A stretch of 64,000 nucleotides of DNA from the NCBI GenBank assembly GCA_951406725.2, contig OX597821.1, positions 42,036,001 through 42,100,000 of the forward strand, written 5' to 3'. Position 1 is the stretch's first letter; every line of letters starts with the position of its first letter. The notes under the pieces are model-generated. The model saw nothing but the letters and a program-made list of their open reading frames with translations. It ran no database searches and was not told where the DNA came from. This document shows, one piece after another, positions 41,056-56,281 of this stretch. The position numbers were made by a program, and so were the translations under genes. The stretch comes from Octopus vulgaris (lineage: Eukaryota).

Positions 41056-41489
41056 CAATATATATAAAGCACGATTTATTCGCGATCCGAGTTGTTCGAA
41101 AACCGAGGTACTACTGTATTAGGTTATTTTACACAGCTAAGCCCGAATATGAAATAGAAAAAGAAGTAAACTGAGTATAGTCCTGGGCATTATGTGTCCT
41201 TAGACTATAATACTCAGTAGTTAGTGTACATGACTCCGTAAAGAGCATTGAGCCGGTTTCCCTGTTTATCTGATGTATATATTTACTCCTGGATGGGACG
41301 CTAGTCCGTCGCAAGATAACTCACTTTTACCAGGTGAGTACACTAGAGCAATGTGAAATGAAGTGTTTTGCTCAAGAACACAATGTGTTGACCGGTCCAA
41401 GAATCGAAACCGCAATGTTACGATCATCAGTCCAACGCCCGAATCACTAAACCATAGGCCTGTACAATAATACTGAGCGGTTACCCAAA

Positions 41490-41890
41490 ACAAAATCCCC
41501 CTCTTAGACATCTCCCTCTACATTCCACACGCAACTAAAATACGCAATACCAAGTCCAACAAATGGTTTTACTCACAGGTGCACCGTCTCGTTTCATGGC
41601 TTAAAACATTTGGAGTACCACCATCCCTTCAAAACGGTTCGCTCTTTCCCATCACTTCCCCACTAAGCTGCCCCTGTGCATCACACAGCGTCCAAGTACC
41701 CTCACCTGCACACATACATATGCACACACCCAAAAAAATCTGCAGCCGATTGCTTAAGTCCTTTACCAAAAATATCAATACCAATTTCGCGGAATCCTCT
41801 TTTCGTACATTTCTGGATCATGTTGGTTCTGTAAGTAATGTTCATAGCAGAGGAAACTTTTACGTTTACTGCCATCATTGCATCTAGCGC
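41490..41890 (+). mobile_element. Decayed LINE ORF2 fragment (CR1/L2-like), copy 2
   Basis: SLYIPH..KSNKWF..FTKNINTNFAESSF resembles the linker between the APE and RT domains (YIP..PWF..KNI..NF..SSFP). Confidence 0.5.
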
Positions 41891-41959
41891 CACGCTACAT
41901 AAGTCGCTGAAAGTATTTCATGTCACATGACCAGGGGCTTACCACCAAGTATACATATA

Positions 41960-42190
41960 TATTTCTTTACTACCCACAAGGGGCTAAACATAGAGGGGAC
42001 AAACAAGGACAGACAAATGGATTAAGTCGATTATATCGACCCCAGTACACAACTGGTACTTAATTTATCGACCCCGAAAGGATGAAAGGCAAAGTCGACC
42101 TCGGCGGAATTTGAACTCAGAACGTAACGGCAGACGAAATACGGCTACGCATTTCGCCCGGCGTGCTAACGTTTCTGCCAGCTCGCCGCC
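41960..42190 (-). mobile_element. Family A SINE monomer with TSD
   Basis: TSD ccaagta(t/c)acatata at 41945-59 and 42192-206. Confidence 0.9.
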
Positions 42191-42324
42191 TCCAAGTACA
42201 CATATAGGCCAAGTGTAAAAATACCTCCGGTCGCTTCAAAACATCAGTTCGACTGGCCTCGTAAATGTCCTTTCCATTACTCCCAGATTCAAGAAGCTCT
42301 ACACACACGTACACACATACACAT

Positions 42325-42381
<57 letters not shown>

Positions 42382-43129
42382 TTTCTCTCTTTCTTTCTTT
42401 TTTCTTTCTCTTTTCCTCCTCCTCTCTCACATACGCACTTACTCAATAAACACATAAATAACATGAAAGCTTGCAATTCATTTCAAAGTTCCATCTTTTC
42501 AACTCATCATCTCCATCATACACGATACATCCATGTTTACTTCAAGTGAACACATCGCCCTCCTGAGTCTTCTCATCCAATAAAGATATTACATGAAACA
42601 ATAATGTCAGTCTTACATCTTGATTCTTAACAGAATTATATTCCACTTTCACAATATTTCTCGTTATGAAATTGGTCGCCATTTTATTTTGCTTAACTAA
42701 AACTATCAGCCAATGATTGTAATCTTGTCTTTCTTTCAACTAAAGTAGGAACAGATCAAAAATATAGTAATTAAGCTGTATGGATAGAGATAATCTAAGT
42801 TAATGAAGAAAAAACTTGACTATGGTTAATTGGCGGAGTAAAGTCAGCAAAACAAAACTGTCTAATTTAATTGACGACAGCTGGTGATAACTGAAGAGAG
42901 AACTGAAGATAAAAAGGTGCAGAGGCAGAGTAGATCAGCAGGAAAAAGGGAGGTTCGTGAAAAAGTGGAAGGTAGGGGAAAATTTAGAAGTTGAAAGGAT
43001 TGTTAGATAAGAGTTGGATTAAGACGTATGAAAGTGTTATACCGTGTAGAAAGGTTGTAGATCAGAAGAAAGGAAGAATAAAAGAAAGACAAGGAGATAG
43101 ATAGACAGGAATCGTTCTACAAACAGCTT

Positions 43130-44070
43130 CGTGGAGTGCACACTGTCCAAATTGCCCAATCAACAGCTTAAAGATATCTTCGAGAGCCTACTTGCTATCT
43201 GAGGTCGTCTGCTGCAAACGTGGTGCATCTTATATGGGGAACATCGCCAGAGAATTGCACATCCACAACAAGGAACACGTACGCACAACAAACCCTTCAA
43301 TCCATAAACGCTTTCAGAAGTATCAGGTCCAAAGCTTCGCAGTATCCATCACAGCATGTAACACAGGCAACTTCCGAATCAAGGAAGCCAGCATTAAATA
43401 ACAGATGAGAACTAAACGAAGCAGACTGGCTATTATAACAACACCAATAGGCGGCGAGCTGGCAGAAACGTTAGCGCGCCGGGCGAAATGCTTAGCGGTA
43501 TTTCGTCTGTCGTTACGTTCTGAGTTCAAATTCCGCCGAGGTCGACTTTGCCTTTCATCCTTTCGGAATCGATAAATAAAGTACCAGTTTCGCACTGGGG
43601 TCGATGTAATCGACTTGATCCGTTTGTCTGTCCTTGTTTGTCCTCTCTGTGTTTAGCCCCTTGTGGGTAGTAAAGAAATAGGTATTTCGTCTGCCGTTAC
43701 GTTCTGAGTGCAAATTCCGCCGAGGTCGACTTTGCCTTTCATCCTTTCGGGGTCGATAAATTAAGTACCAGTTACGCACTGGGGTCGATGTAATCAACTT
43801 AGCCCGTTTGTTTGTCCTTGTTTGTCCCCTCTATATTTAGCCCCTTGTGGGTAGTAAAGAAATATATTATAACAACACCAGTTTGCGTATGTCGCTACAC
43901 TCTACAACATATCTCAGCAAACAATGGCTTTATTCCATCTGCCATTTTTATGTCCCTTCATGAAGAAGCCTGAACCCTGAAATATTGAAGAAGTACAAGG
44001 TAAAACTTCAGCTAATGTCGTCCTAACTTTTGCATTTCCTTTCGCTGACGTTGGGTCTTAACAAGTTTTT
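43130..44070 (+). pseudogene. Penelope-like element 3' remnant: GIY-YIG endonuclease and decayed hammerhead, interrupted by a SINE dimer
   Basis: C....CP..EVVCCK.GASYMG..AREL..H.KEH..SIHK..RIKEA fits the PLE GIY-YIG pattern; cttc-aTGAAGA..GAAA-TATT-gaag at 43956-43990. Confidence 0.7.
43450..43864 (+). mobile_element. Family A SINE dimer with TSD
   Basis: TSD tattataacaacacca at 43431-46 and 43865-80. Confidence 0.92.
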
Positions 44071-44168
44071 GTCAAATATAATATGTCCACATGTATGTGT
44101 GTGTATACATACATAAAAATATATACATATATATACTCATACATGCATATTCATACATGCAAATCAGC

Positions 44169-44233
<65 letters not shown>

Positions 44234-44417
44234 GAAATATTACATTTCTAAATCTCTTCGACCAAAGATTAGTCCAGGTCATATATAACTTAATAGCACC
44301 ACCTGATAGGATTAGCTAAATCCTTTTTAAGTCAGGTTTTGTAGTATCATGATCCATTCGAGCAGGGAGTTCTTGTTGAGTGAGTTTTATCCAGGTATAG
44401 GTGGCTTATCTGGTATT

Positions 44418-44527
<110 letters not shown>

Positions 44528-44943
44528 CGTAAATGTAGAACGCAGGAATGAGTGCTCTCACACTCACACACACACATATTTGTGTGTGTATGTATGTGTG
44601 TGATGTGACAGCCCTATTTTTATCCTTACACTCCCACTTGATCAGTCACTTTGTCGTAGGACCCACTGGACAGAAGGAATTCATAAAACCAAGAGATGAT
44701 ATAATTATTCTCGCTCTCTGCACTCGTTAGACGGCGGTGCTAATAGGAAACAGCCTTTAGCGAGTTCCCCCGGGATATGGTATACAATACACAAATATCT
44801 CCTTATAAAACAGGCACTAGTGAACAAGAAGTCGCTTGTACCGAAGACAGATTTGTAAAAGATATTGCTGCCCTTAATGAATATTAGAATAATATATTTA
44901 TTCATACTAATAACTCCAAGAGACACATCCACACAAACGCGCT

Positions 44944-44985
<42 letters not shown>

Positions 44986-45312
44986 GAGTAGAAACAAATG
45001 TTGCTTTTTTGCTATTTATTTAATATTTTTACAGAAAATATTTTCAGAAAATTGTTCTGTGTCATTGAAAAATGCAACGCAATGTAATAAATGGAAAACC
45101 AGTATCTTTGGAGATGTGCGCAACGTGAAGAATATATTTTCTTCTTAAGCAAAATATGAAATTAGCAAAATAAAAATAAAGCGGTTCTTTAGTAATAAAT
45201 CTGTTTAGAAAGGTTTATAAGGACCATAGAGCCGGAACCCCTCCAAAATAACGAATACAAGGATTGGCATTTCTTAACAGTTACGTACTTATATATATAA
45301 ACAGCCAGACAC

Positions 45313-45389
<77 letters not shown>

Positions 45390-45451
45390 AAAGATAGATA
45401 GACAGACATACAAACCAGCTGTGGTGCTTACACACATACATATATATGTGC

Positions 45452-45740
45452 ATTCTTTTATTTATTTCAGTCATTTGACTGCGGCCATGTTGGAGCATTG
45501 CCTTTAGTCGAACGAATCAACCTCAAGACTTATTCTTTGTAAGCCTAGAACTTATTCTATCAGTGTATTTTGTCGAAACGTTAAGTTACAGGGACGTAAA
45601 CACACCAACATCGGTTGTCAAGTGATGGAATGGGGACAAATACAGATACACAAATACATACATATATATATATATATTTTTTATATATACGACGGGCTTC
45701 TTTCAGTTTCCGTCTACCAAATCCACGCACAAGGTTTTGG
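45452..45740 (-). mobile_element. Family B SINE (3' part)
   Basis: Family B tail cagtcatttgactgcggccatg and body. Confidence 0.8.
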
Positions 45741-45839
45741 TGTTATAAATGTTTGGGTACGCATGCACACTTTATCTTACTCTTTCAACCTTTCTCTCTC
45801 ACTCCTTCTCTCTCTCTCTCACTCACTCTCTCTCTATCA

Positions 45840-45918
<79 letters not shown>

Positions 45919-46013
45919 TCGTGTTTTTGTGTTATTGAGGGTAAAGAAAACATCTTATGAATTAAGGAGCGGGGGAAAGCGAGCCAGTGTGAGAGAGCCA
46001 GGGAGAGAGAGAA

Positions 46014-46044
<31 letters not shown>

Positions 46045-46530
46045 GACAGACAGACAGACAGACAGACAGAGACCGAAAGAGGGCATGGAGTATGAAAGAT
46101 CTTACGCTGTACACAAGTGATTAACTATCATTCGCCTCGCAGCTCATAAGAGAGAGAGAGCTACTTCAAAGACCTCGTCAAGTGACAACTTCGATCCATG
46201 AAGAGGGAACTACGGACATTGCGGAGGTTTGAATCTGCAAGAATTCCTGCCTACAGCTGAATTGGTACCATTTCAAAGAACTATGAGCGTTGCAGATTTC
46301 TCTTGAACCTTCTATCGACATTAAACATAACGCAACTTTTCTTTTACGACATGTTTTTAAATGATCGCCTTTCCCCTCCATTACGATTACGAATTGATAT
46401 CGAATATTGCTTCTCTGATGGCTTATCGCGAAAGGTTTTATGTGCATGTGCGTGCGTGCGTGCGCGTGTGTGTGTGTGTTTTGTGTGTGTGTGTGTGTGT
46501 GCGCGCACGCACGCGAGTGTATGTGTGTGC

Positions 46531-46612
<82 letters not shown>

Positions 46613-46766
46613 ATACACACATTGTATGTATATTCATACACTGAAGATATACATGCACGTGCACATTTATACATATGTATACACATACACACACATACAT
46701 GCATATGTATATATATGTACATAAACACACACAAAAGCTCACAGACACATACATACATCCACATAC

Positions 46767-46885
<119 letters not shown>

Positions 46886-47219
46886 TAGATATAGATATAG
46901 CAAATCCAAAAAGCCAAAGAACAAACACACAAAAAGAAAAAAACAACGCGAGGACGTGGTACATGTAAAGTATTAGCAGATGATCATGTACAGGTAGGTT
47001 GATGCAAACAGAACTCAGAATATGGGTATGTGTGTATTTTTATTAATATTTATCAGAAGTAACGGAGTGACTCAAGGTCCGAGAGTTTCGTGTGTTGGTA
47101 CAAATCAAACTAATTTCAGGTCGCAAACGTTCTTCGAAATGAAATACGCGAAGTGGTTTAGTGAAATACATATTACAATGTGTTGGCTAATCTATAAATA
47201 TAGAGAGGTATTAGGGAGG

Positions 47220-47420
47220 TATGAGTCGCCATGATAGATCGGTAGCCACTACACACATTTTTTTTTCTCTCCTTGTTTTTTTCTGTGTCTCTTTCTGTAG
47301 AAGAGCGTAGGCTCGAAACGTAAAAGACTTTTTCTATTCCTGAGCGTTATACTAATACATCTGTTTGCTTTGTACACCACCTGTCTTCGTCTTTTATTTT
47401 TTTTTGGAAACTCTCCCTAT
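47220..47420 (+). mobile_element. Penelope-like mini-element with variant hammerhead (47290-47327)
   Basis: tcttt-CTGTAGA-A-GAGC-gtag-GCTC-GAAA-CGTA-aaaga with a perfect 5-bp stem I. Confidence 0.7.
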
Positions 47421-48010
47421 TAGGGAGATCTTACCCGTTCATGAATACGATAGGTTTCAAATATTTCGCTGTTCTGAACGTCATGTGTGGGCACGAGGAG
47501 ACTATTTCGAAGCTCCTGTTGACTAATTTTAGTTTTGGCGAGAAGGATCTCCTGTGATTCAGAAAGGCAAAGCCAGGAAATCCTATTGTTATGGATGTAG
47601 AATTTGGCAAATAAGCAAATTTTCTAAACAATATTGAAGGTTGTGTTGGAGATATTTGAGAAGCAGATATCTGTTTGAAAAGTTACATTTAGAGAGCATG
47701 TTGGGTTTTTAATATTTTTGAGAAGATGAAGGCAGCAGTTGTTTTTGCAAGGTTCTGGCCAATGGGTAGGAAATTTCCATGTTGTTTTAATCCAGCGCTG
47801 TTGAATGGACAACATGGCTGGCGTTGTGGGCTACTTGGAAACGAATGATGTAAATAAAGAAGAATATTTGAAGGGGTCACCGATAAAATGTGGGTGACTT
47901 GGATTCGGAAGGAGAGAAATTGAAAGAAAACTATCATATTTTACTGGAATTGGTCATAATTAATGTTGTTGTTGTTGTTGTTGTTGTTGTTGCTGTTGTT
48001 GTTGTTGTTG

Positions 48011-48069
<59 letters not shown>

Positions 48070-48520
48070 ACAGTTGTTGTTGGTCTATCGACACGTATTC
48101 CACATCGCTCCCGTAAGTTTGTTTTTTACATTGTTACACAAAGTTATATATTATACATTTCCTATCATTATACAGATAAAATAACCAGGACCTTAGGGAG
48201 CTGGTTAGTTTTGCTCCATCTGTTGCCTTTAGGATTTACATTGGGGTTTATTTAGCAAACACGCCCTTCAATTTTTGTTTAAAAAGAAAGATGGCGGACG
48301 AGGATTGTTCGTCTGCTGAAAAGAACAACCAGTTATCCGCAGAACAGAAGATAAACAGTAAAAGTTAGTGGAAGCAACAACGGTGACAACAACAGCTAAA
48401 TTGTAAAAGATAGTTTTATACAAAACTATTGGAGTAAGAAGTAAGAGAATAGAGCAGACAACATAGCAGTAGACAGAAAAATGCCTGCGATCAATTTGAG
48501 AGAGCAAAACTTATATATAG

Positions 48521-49116
48521 TTCTTTATTGCCCACAAGGGGCTAAACATAGAGCGGACAAACAAGGACAGACAAACGGATTAAGTCGATTACATCGACCC
48601 CAGTGCGAAGCTGATACTTTATTTATCGACCCAGAAAGGATGAAAGGCAAAGTCGACTTCGGTGGAATTTGAACTCAGAACGTAACGACAGACGAAATAA
48701 CTATTTCTTTGCTGCCCACAAGGGGCTAAACACAGAGAGGACAAACAAGGACAGACAAACGGATTAAGTCGATTACATCGACCCCAGTGCGAAACTGGTA
48801 CTTTATTTATCGACTCAGAAAGGATGAAAGGCAAAGTCGACCTCGGTGGAATTTGAACTCGGAACGTAACGACAGGTGAAATAACTATTTCTTTACTGCC
48901 CACAAGGGGCTACACACAGAGAGGACAAACAAGGACAGACAAAGGGATTAAGTCGATTATATCGACCCCAGTGCGTTACTGGTACTTATTTAATCGACCC
49001 CGAAAGGATGAAAGGCAAAGTCGACCTCGGCGGAATTTGAACTCAGAACGTAACGGCAGACGAAATACGGCTACGCATTTCGCCCGGCGTGCTAACGTTT
49101 CTGCCAGCTCGCCGCC
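48521..49116 (-). mobile_element. Family A SINE trimer with TSD
   Basis: TSD agagcaaaacttatata at 48501-17 and 49122-38 encloses all three units. Confidence 0.92.
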
Positions 49117-49776
49117 TTGAAAGAGCAAAACTTATATAGCCGGGGGGAAATATATGGAACTGTCGAAGTGAGGTTCGCATCAGAAGAAAAGACCAACAAT
49201 CACTCAAAGCCATCCTAATGACTAATGAATTCATCCCAATTTACCTTGGCCGAAAAGTGTTTCAAATAAAAACGGGGCCTACTTTAAGTATGCGCCTCTA
49301 GATCGAAGGTAGATGAAGGGGAGAGGACACTTGCCCAGGGCGATCGTGGTTTTTGTGGGGTTTCGACGACCAGCCTTTGGGAGTCTTTTGGCGATTAAAT
49401 TGGTATAATTTTACTGGGGTCGATATAATCGACTTAATCCCTTTGATTGTCCTTGTTTGTCCTCTGTGTTTAGCCCCTTGTGGGTAGTAAAGAAATAGGT
49501 ATTTCGTCTGTCTTTACGTTCTGAATTCAAATTCCGCCAAAGACGACTTTCATATTTTCGGAGTCAATAAATTGTACCAGTGAAACACTGGGATCGATAT
49601 AATCGACTCGTCCCCTCCCCCAAAATTTCAGGTCGACTTTGCTTTTTATCCTTTCGGGATCGATAAATTAAGTACCAGTTGCGTACTGGGATCGATCTAC
49701 TCGACTGGCCCTCTCCCCCAAAATTTCGGGCCTTGTGCCTTTAGTAGAAAGGATTATTATTATTATTAGTATTATT

Positions 49777-50355
49777 CAGTAGTTTTATTTTTATAGCGTG
49801 CTTTCACTTCACTACCGAGCGCAGCTCTGTGTGCCTTGGGTATGTGCTGTGATTTGTTGTGATGCTCTGATGGTTATTGTATGGAAAGTGTTCTGCGTAG
49901 GATGTGTGCAGTGCCTAGTAGTGCAATTTTCTGTATGTTATATGTGTTTGTAAGTCCTGGTGTTTTTGTTATGTATTTGTCTGAATATTTTTTTATCATG
50001 CCTAATGCACCTACTATGATAGGAATTGTTTCTGTTTTCAGGTTCCACATTCTAGTTACCTCTATTTCCAGGTCTTTGTATTTTGAGAGTTTCTCCATTT
50101 CTTTTAGAGACACGTTGTCATCTGCCGGTATTGATACATCAATTAGAAAGCATTTTTTTCTTCATGATCTCTGACAACTATATCTGGTCTGTTGGCCTTA
50201 ATTTCTCTATCTGTGTGTATCGGCATATCCCTGAGTATGGTTGCTTTCTCGTTTTCTGTGACCTTTTCTGGTGTGTGCCTATACCATCTTTTTTCTGTTG
50301 TTATTCCATAATGTTGGCATAGCTTCCAATGTATGTAGGTTCCAACTCTGTCATG

Positions 50356-50356
<1 letters not shown>
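49777..50356 (-). mobile_element. R4/Dong-clade LINE 3' fragment, young
   Basis: HDRVGTYIHWKLCQHY..RPDIV..TLSIQ*; nearly identical to 18389-18830; (TAA)n on both sides. Confidence 0.9.
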
Positions 50357-50403
<47 letters not shown>

Positions 50404-50640
50404 GTGTGGAGGAGCGTGACTTAGTGGTTAGGGTGTCGTAAGATTGTGGTTTCGATTCCTGGACCCAGCGACGCGTTGTGTTCTTGAACAAAACACTTCA
50501 TTTCACGTTGCTCCAGTCCACCCAGCTGGCAAAAATGGGGAACACAACCATCATAGAAACCGGGAAACCGGGCCCATGGGCCTGGCTACGCTTTTAAAAG
50601 GGCGCATTTATTTACATAATTATTATTATTATTATTATTA

Positions 50641-51003
50641 CTTTTTTTTTTCTTCTTTCAAATTTGCTTCCATTTCTTGCCGAGTGTCTTCCCGACTCCT
50701 AAGGCAAAGAAACTCATAGTAAACATTGGTAGGCCATTAAACCAAACTCAATAGTTCGTTAATTTTTTTTTCTTTTTTTTTTTTTTTAGTTAAATTAAAA
50801 TACATGAGCAGCAACAGTTCTCACATCGACAATGCTCTTCTCAATACGTGTGATGTACCAGTTAAGACAATCTTTTGCACTTCTTGCAGGGATGGTAAGC
50901 CAGGGATCATTCTCATATAATTTTCGGTTCCCTTCTTGATCATTCCTAGTGCTCCTACGATCACTGGTATTGTAACCGCCTTGAGATGCCACATTTTCTC
51001 AAT
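50641..51003 (-). mobile_element. R4/Dong-clade LINE 3' fragment, third subfamily
   Basis: EKMWHLKAVTIPVIVGALGMIKKG..QKIVLTGTSHVLRRALSM* (frame absent from the ORF track); (TAA)n flanks. Confidence 0.85.
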
Positions 51004-51261
51004 TATTATTATTATTATTATTATTATTGGATCCAGAAGAACTATTATTGTCTCCCAGTAGATTTATTTCCGTCTTCAGAATCAAGAAGCGTTAAGCATC
51101 GGTTTTGATGCAAACAAATCATGGCTGAAGCTCATTTCGGCTCTGTTTTTCGATGACAACCAATTTGAAAGACACAGCTTGGACATCAAACGGTTCTTTG
51201 TTGGTGATTGCTGAAGATGAATGAGAAGAACATCTGTGTGTGTGAGTGAGTGAGTGTGTGT

Positions 51262-51299
<38 letters not shown>

Positions 51300-51371
51300 C
51301 CAGGTTTTCCTGATTTATATATTGGCATATACATGCATATATACACCTAGGCACAAATATATATGTGCGTG

Positions 51372-51409
<38 letters not shown>

Positions 51410-51544
51410 CGAGCAAGCGGGCATACACACGTGCATAGTATGTGTACTTGTATTGTGTATCTGTGTATGTGTGTTACATATCTGTCTGTATGTTTGTGTG
51501 TGTAGTATGCATGTGTGTTGGAGTAGAGGACGATGACAGTAACA

Positions 51545-51889
51545 GAGGAGGAAGAGGAGGAGGCAGAAGAAGAGAAGGCAGAAGAAGCGGAGGCAGAAGA
51601 AGAGGAGGCAAAAGAGGAGGCAGAAGCGAAGGAAGAAGCGGAGGAGGCAGAAGTGGAGGCAGAAGTGGAGGAGGCAGAAGAAGAGGAGGCAACAGAGGAG
51701 GCAGAAGCGGAGGTAGAAGCGGAGGAGAAAGAGGATGAGGAAGCGGAGGAGGCAGAAGTGGAGGAGGAGGAGGATGAGGAAGCGTAGGAGGCAGAAGTGG
51801 AGGAGGGGGGAGCGGAGGAGGAAGAGGATGAGGAAGCGTAGGAGACAGAAGAGGAGGCAGAAGTGGAGGAGTGGGAAGAGGAGGAAGAG
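51545..51889 (+). repeat. GAG/GCAGAA purine-rich minisatellite
   Basis: Degenerate gaggaggcagaa(gtg/gcg) units; in-frame TAG codons break the Glu/Ala reading. Confidence 0.85.
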
Positions 51890-52089
51890 TCTTTTATTCT
51901 TTTACGTGTTTCAGACATTTGACTGCGGCCATGCTGGAGTACCGCCTTTAGTCGAACAAATCGACTCAAGGACTTATTTCCCTTCACAGCCTGGTCACTT
52001 TTGCTGAACCGATGAGTTATAGGGACGTAAACACACCAACGTCGGTTGTCAAGCGACGGAGGGGAGACAAGCAGAGACACACACAAATA

Positions 52090-52123
<34 letters not shown>

Positions 52124-52129
52124 CATACA

Positions 52130-52165
<36 letters not shown>

Positions 52166-52339
52166 TATACATATATATGACAAGCTTCTTTCAGTTTCCG
52201 TCTACAAAATCCACTCACAACGCATTGGTCGGCCCGCGGCTATAGCAGAAGACACTTGCTCATGGTGCCACACGGTGGACTGAACCCGGAACCATGTGAT
52301 TGGGAAGCAAGCTTCTTACCACACACCCAATCTTGCGCC
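51890..52339 (-). mobile_element. Family B SINE, full length
   Basis: Head, internal (TATG)n and tail. Confidence 0.85.
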
Positions 52340-52424
52340 TATATGTGCGTATACATACATACATACATACATACATACATACATACATAATACATATATA
52401 CACGCATGCATACATACATACATG

Positions 52425-52456
<32 letters not shown>

Positions 52457-52727
52457 CACGCATGCATACATACATGTATGCATACATACATACATACATA
52501 CATACATACAAACATACATGCATACATACATAATACATACATACATACATACATACATACATACATAATACATACATACATACATACATACATACATACA
52601 TGCATACATGCATACATACATACATACATACATACATACATACATACATACATACATACATACATAGGCAGTAAAATTGAGTGTGGCTGTGAAAGAGAGA
52701 CAGACCGTTAGATAAATATGCGGACGA

Positions 52728-52781
<54 letters not shown>

Positions 52782-52852
52782 GGATGGACAGACAGACGGA
52801 CGGACTGGCAGATAGACAGACAGACCGATAGATAGGTAGGTAGGTAGGTAGG

Positions 52853-52949
<97 letters not shown>

Positions 52950-53532
52950 GGATGGATGGATGGATGGATAGTTTATCTCGCATAAATTTCAGTCGGTAGC
53001 GGTGATTCGAACCACTTTGTAAATGTTATGATAGAACTAAAACATCTTTCAAGTGACCTGTCTGTAAAGAGGCCACAAATCTGGGGAACGGAATTGTTCT
53101 GGTGAAATCTGAATACGCGTTAGGTTTGTAAAGAATTTCATATATTTATGGAGCAAGTTCAACGGAACTGTGCCAAATAACTGATGGGAAATATTTATCG
53201 TGGATTTTATTGATGTGTTGTTCAGAGGTCGAATGTCTTCAAGTTTTATAGTTCGTAGAGATTTTATGGATCTGGAGAGGAATATGTTTCTAGTTGTTGC
53301 TGCTGCTGCTGCTGCTGCTGCTGTTGTTGTTGTTGTTGTTGGTGGTGGTGGTGTTGTTGTTGTTGTACGGGCTGTAAAATATGAATGAAATACAAACGAA
53401 AACTAATGTAGGAAAAGCAACACACACACATACACACACACACACGCACATCCCTCTCCACAGTCATATATATATACATTTATATATAGACGCATGTATA
53501 TATACACACACTCATATACATATGTGTGTGTT

Positions 53533-54479
<947 letters not shown>

Positions 54480-54485
54480 TATATA

Positions 54486-54552
<67 letters not shown>

Positions 54553-54782
54553 GTATGTATGTATGTATGTATGTATGTATGTATGTATGTATGTATGTAT
54601 GTATGTATGTATATTCGTTTATATATTCGTTTTGCAAGATTCTTGATGTGAATTCGTGTGTTGAAACATATATTGTTGTACTTGGGGACGGTCATGTTGC
54701 CAGTTTAGCCAATGAAAACACACACGCACTATATATTTGGTGTTCACTTGCTTCAGCTTTATTTTATATTAATTATATTTCG

Positions 54783-54824
54783 GCCAGAGTTCTTTCGTCA
54801 AACTTCTGTGACCTCATCAATGGT
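54783..54824 (-). ncRNA. Hammerhead motif (TTGATGA variant) within a Penelope-like relic at about 54612-54870
   Basis: cca-TTGATGA-G-GTCA-cagaagtt-TGAC-GAAA-GAAC-TC-tgg. Confidence 0.5.
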
Positions 54825-54963
54825 CCTTTGCTTTCTTCTTTCTTTTTTATGTCTCTCCTTACTAACGATCTGCTATTTTGTCGATTAATATAAAATAAAG
54901 CAGGTGAACATTATTTATATTATTTACATTTGACGGATATTTGTCCTCACCTTGTTTGTTGTT

Positions 54964-55008
54964 AATACAACGTTTCGGCTGATATACCCTCCAGCCTACA
55001 TTAGGTGT
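54964..55008 (-). ncRNA. Decayed hammerhead motif within a Penelope-like relic at about 54895-55060
   Basis: acac-CTaATGt-A-GGCTG-gagggtatat-CAGCC-GAAA-CGTT-gtat; two core substitutions. Confidence 0.5.
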
Positions 55009-55061
55009 CTTGGGGAAATTTCGAACCTGGGTACTCATTCCTAAGGTATTTTTCGACGTTG

Positions 55062-55134
<73 letters not shown>

Positions 55135-55959
55135 AGTTGTTATTCACGGGGAAAGCCTGATACTTATTCTATCGGTGTGTTTTGTCGAACCGCAAGGTCA
55201 CGGGGAAATAAACACACTAACATCAATTGTCAAGGCTATGGACAAACATAGTCACACTCACACACACACACACACACATATGTTCTTTTATTCTTTTATT
55301 TGTTTCAGTCATTTGACTGCGGCCATGCTGGATCACTGCCTTTAGTCGAACAAATCGACTCCAGGACTTATTCTTTTGTAAGCCTAGTACATATTTTATA
55401 GGTCTCTTTTGCCGAACCGCTACGTTATGGGGACGTAAACACACCAATGTCGGTTGTCAAACGATGGTTGGGGGACAAACACAGACACAAATACACACAC
55501 ACACATATACACACACACAAATACACACACACATGCACACACACATACACACACACATACATACACACACACATATGACAGGCTTCTTTCAGTTTCCGTC
55601 TACCAAAGTCTTTGGTCGGTAACCGAGGCTATTATATATATGACACTTGCCCAATGTTACTTCCACGCAGTGCGACTGAACCCGGAACCGTGTGGTTGGA
55701 AAGCAAGCTACTTACCACGCAGCCACGCCAGCGCGTATATACGTGTATCAGTAAATAGGAAAACAATAAGAACGAGAAAGAAATATCCGATGATCTCCAT
55801 GATCTGTTATTGGTGTTTTTGTTTTGATCTTCTTCCAGTTTGATTGTGAGTCATATTTGGAAGTGAGTGTTGCCAGATTCCTCATGCACAAATATACACA
55901 CATATATAGATACCCATGTACACACACGTATATATATATGCATGCATATATACAAACAT

Positions 55960-56248
55960 TTAATTATTATTGTGTGTGTGTGTGGATGTATGTGTGTGTA
56001 TGTATATGTATGTATGTATGTACGTATGTATGTATGTGTGTATGTATGTATGTATGTGTGTATGTATGTACGTATGTGTGTGTATGTATGCATGTATTGA
56101 TGTATGTATGTGTGTATGTATGTATGTATGCATGTATATATATATATTTATGTCTGTGTGTATGTATGTATGTATGTATTGATGTATGTATGTATGTATG
56201 TATGTATGCATGTATATATATATATGTATGTATGTGTGTATGTATGTA

Positions 56249-56281
<33 letters not shown>

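Noticed and set aside
47431-47937. Cluster of short minus-strand ORFs in unique-looking DNA
   Set aside because: Fragmented with no recognisable motif; possibly a decayed transposon but not supportable.
48521-49116. Regularly repeated units resembling a CRISPR array
   Set aside because: Units are ~185-bp SINE bodies with no unique spacers, in eukaryotic context.
51082-52218. 378-aa minus-strand ORF
   Set aside because: Chimera of a SINE, a purine minisatellite and microsatellites.
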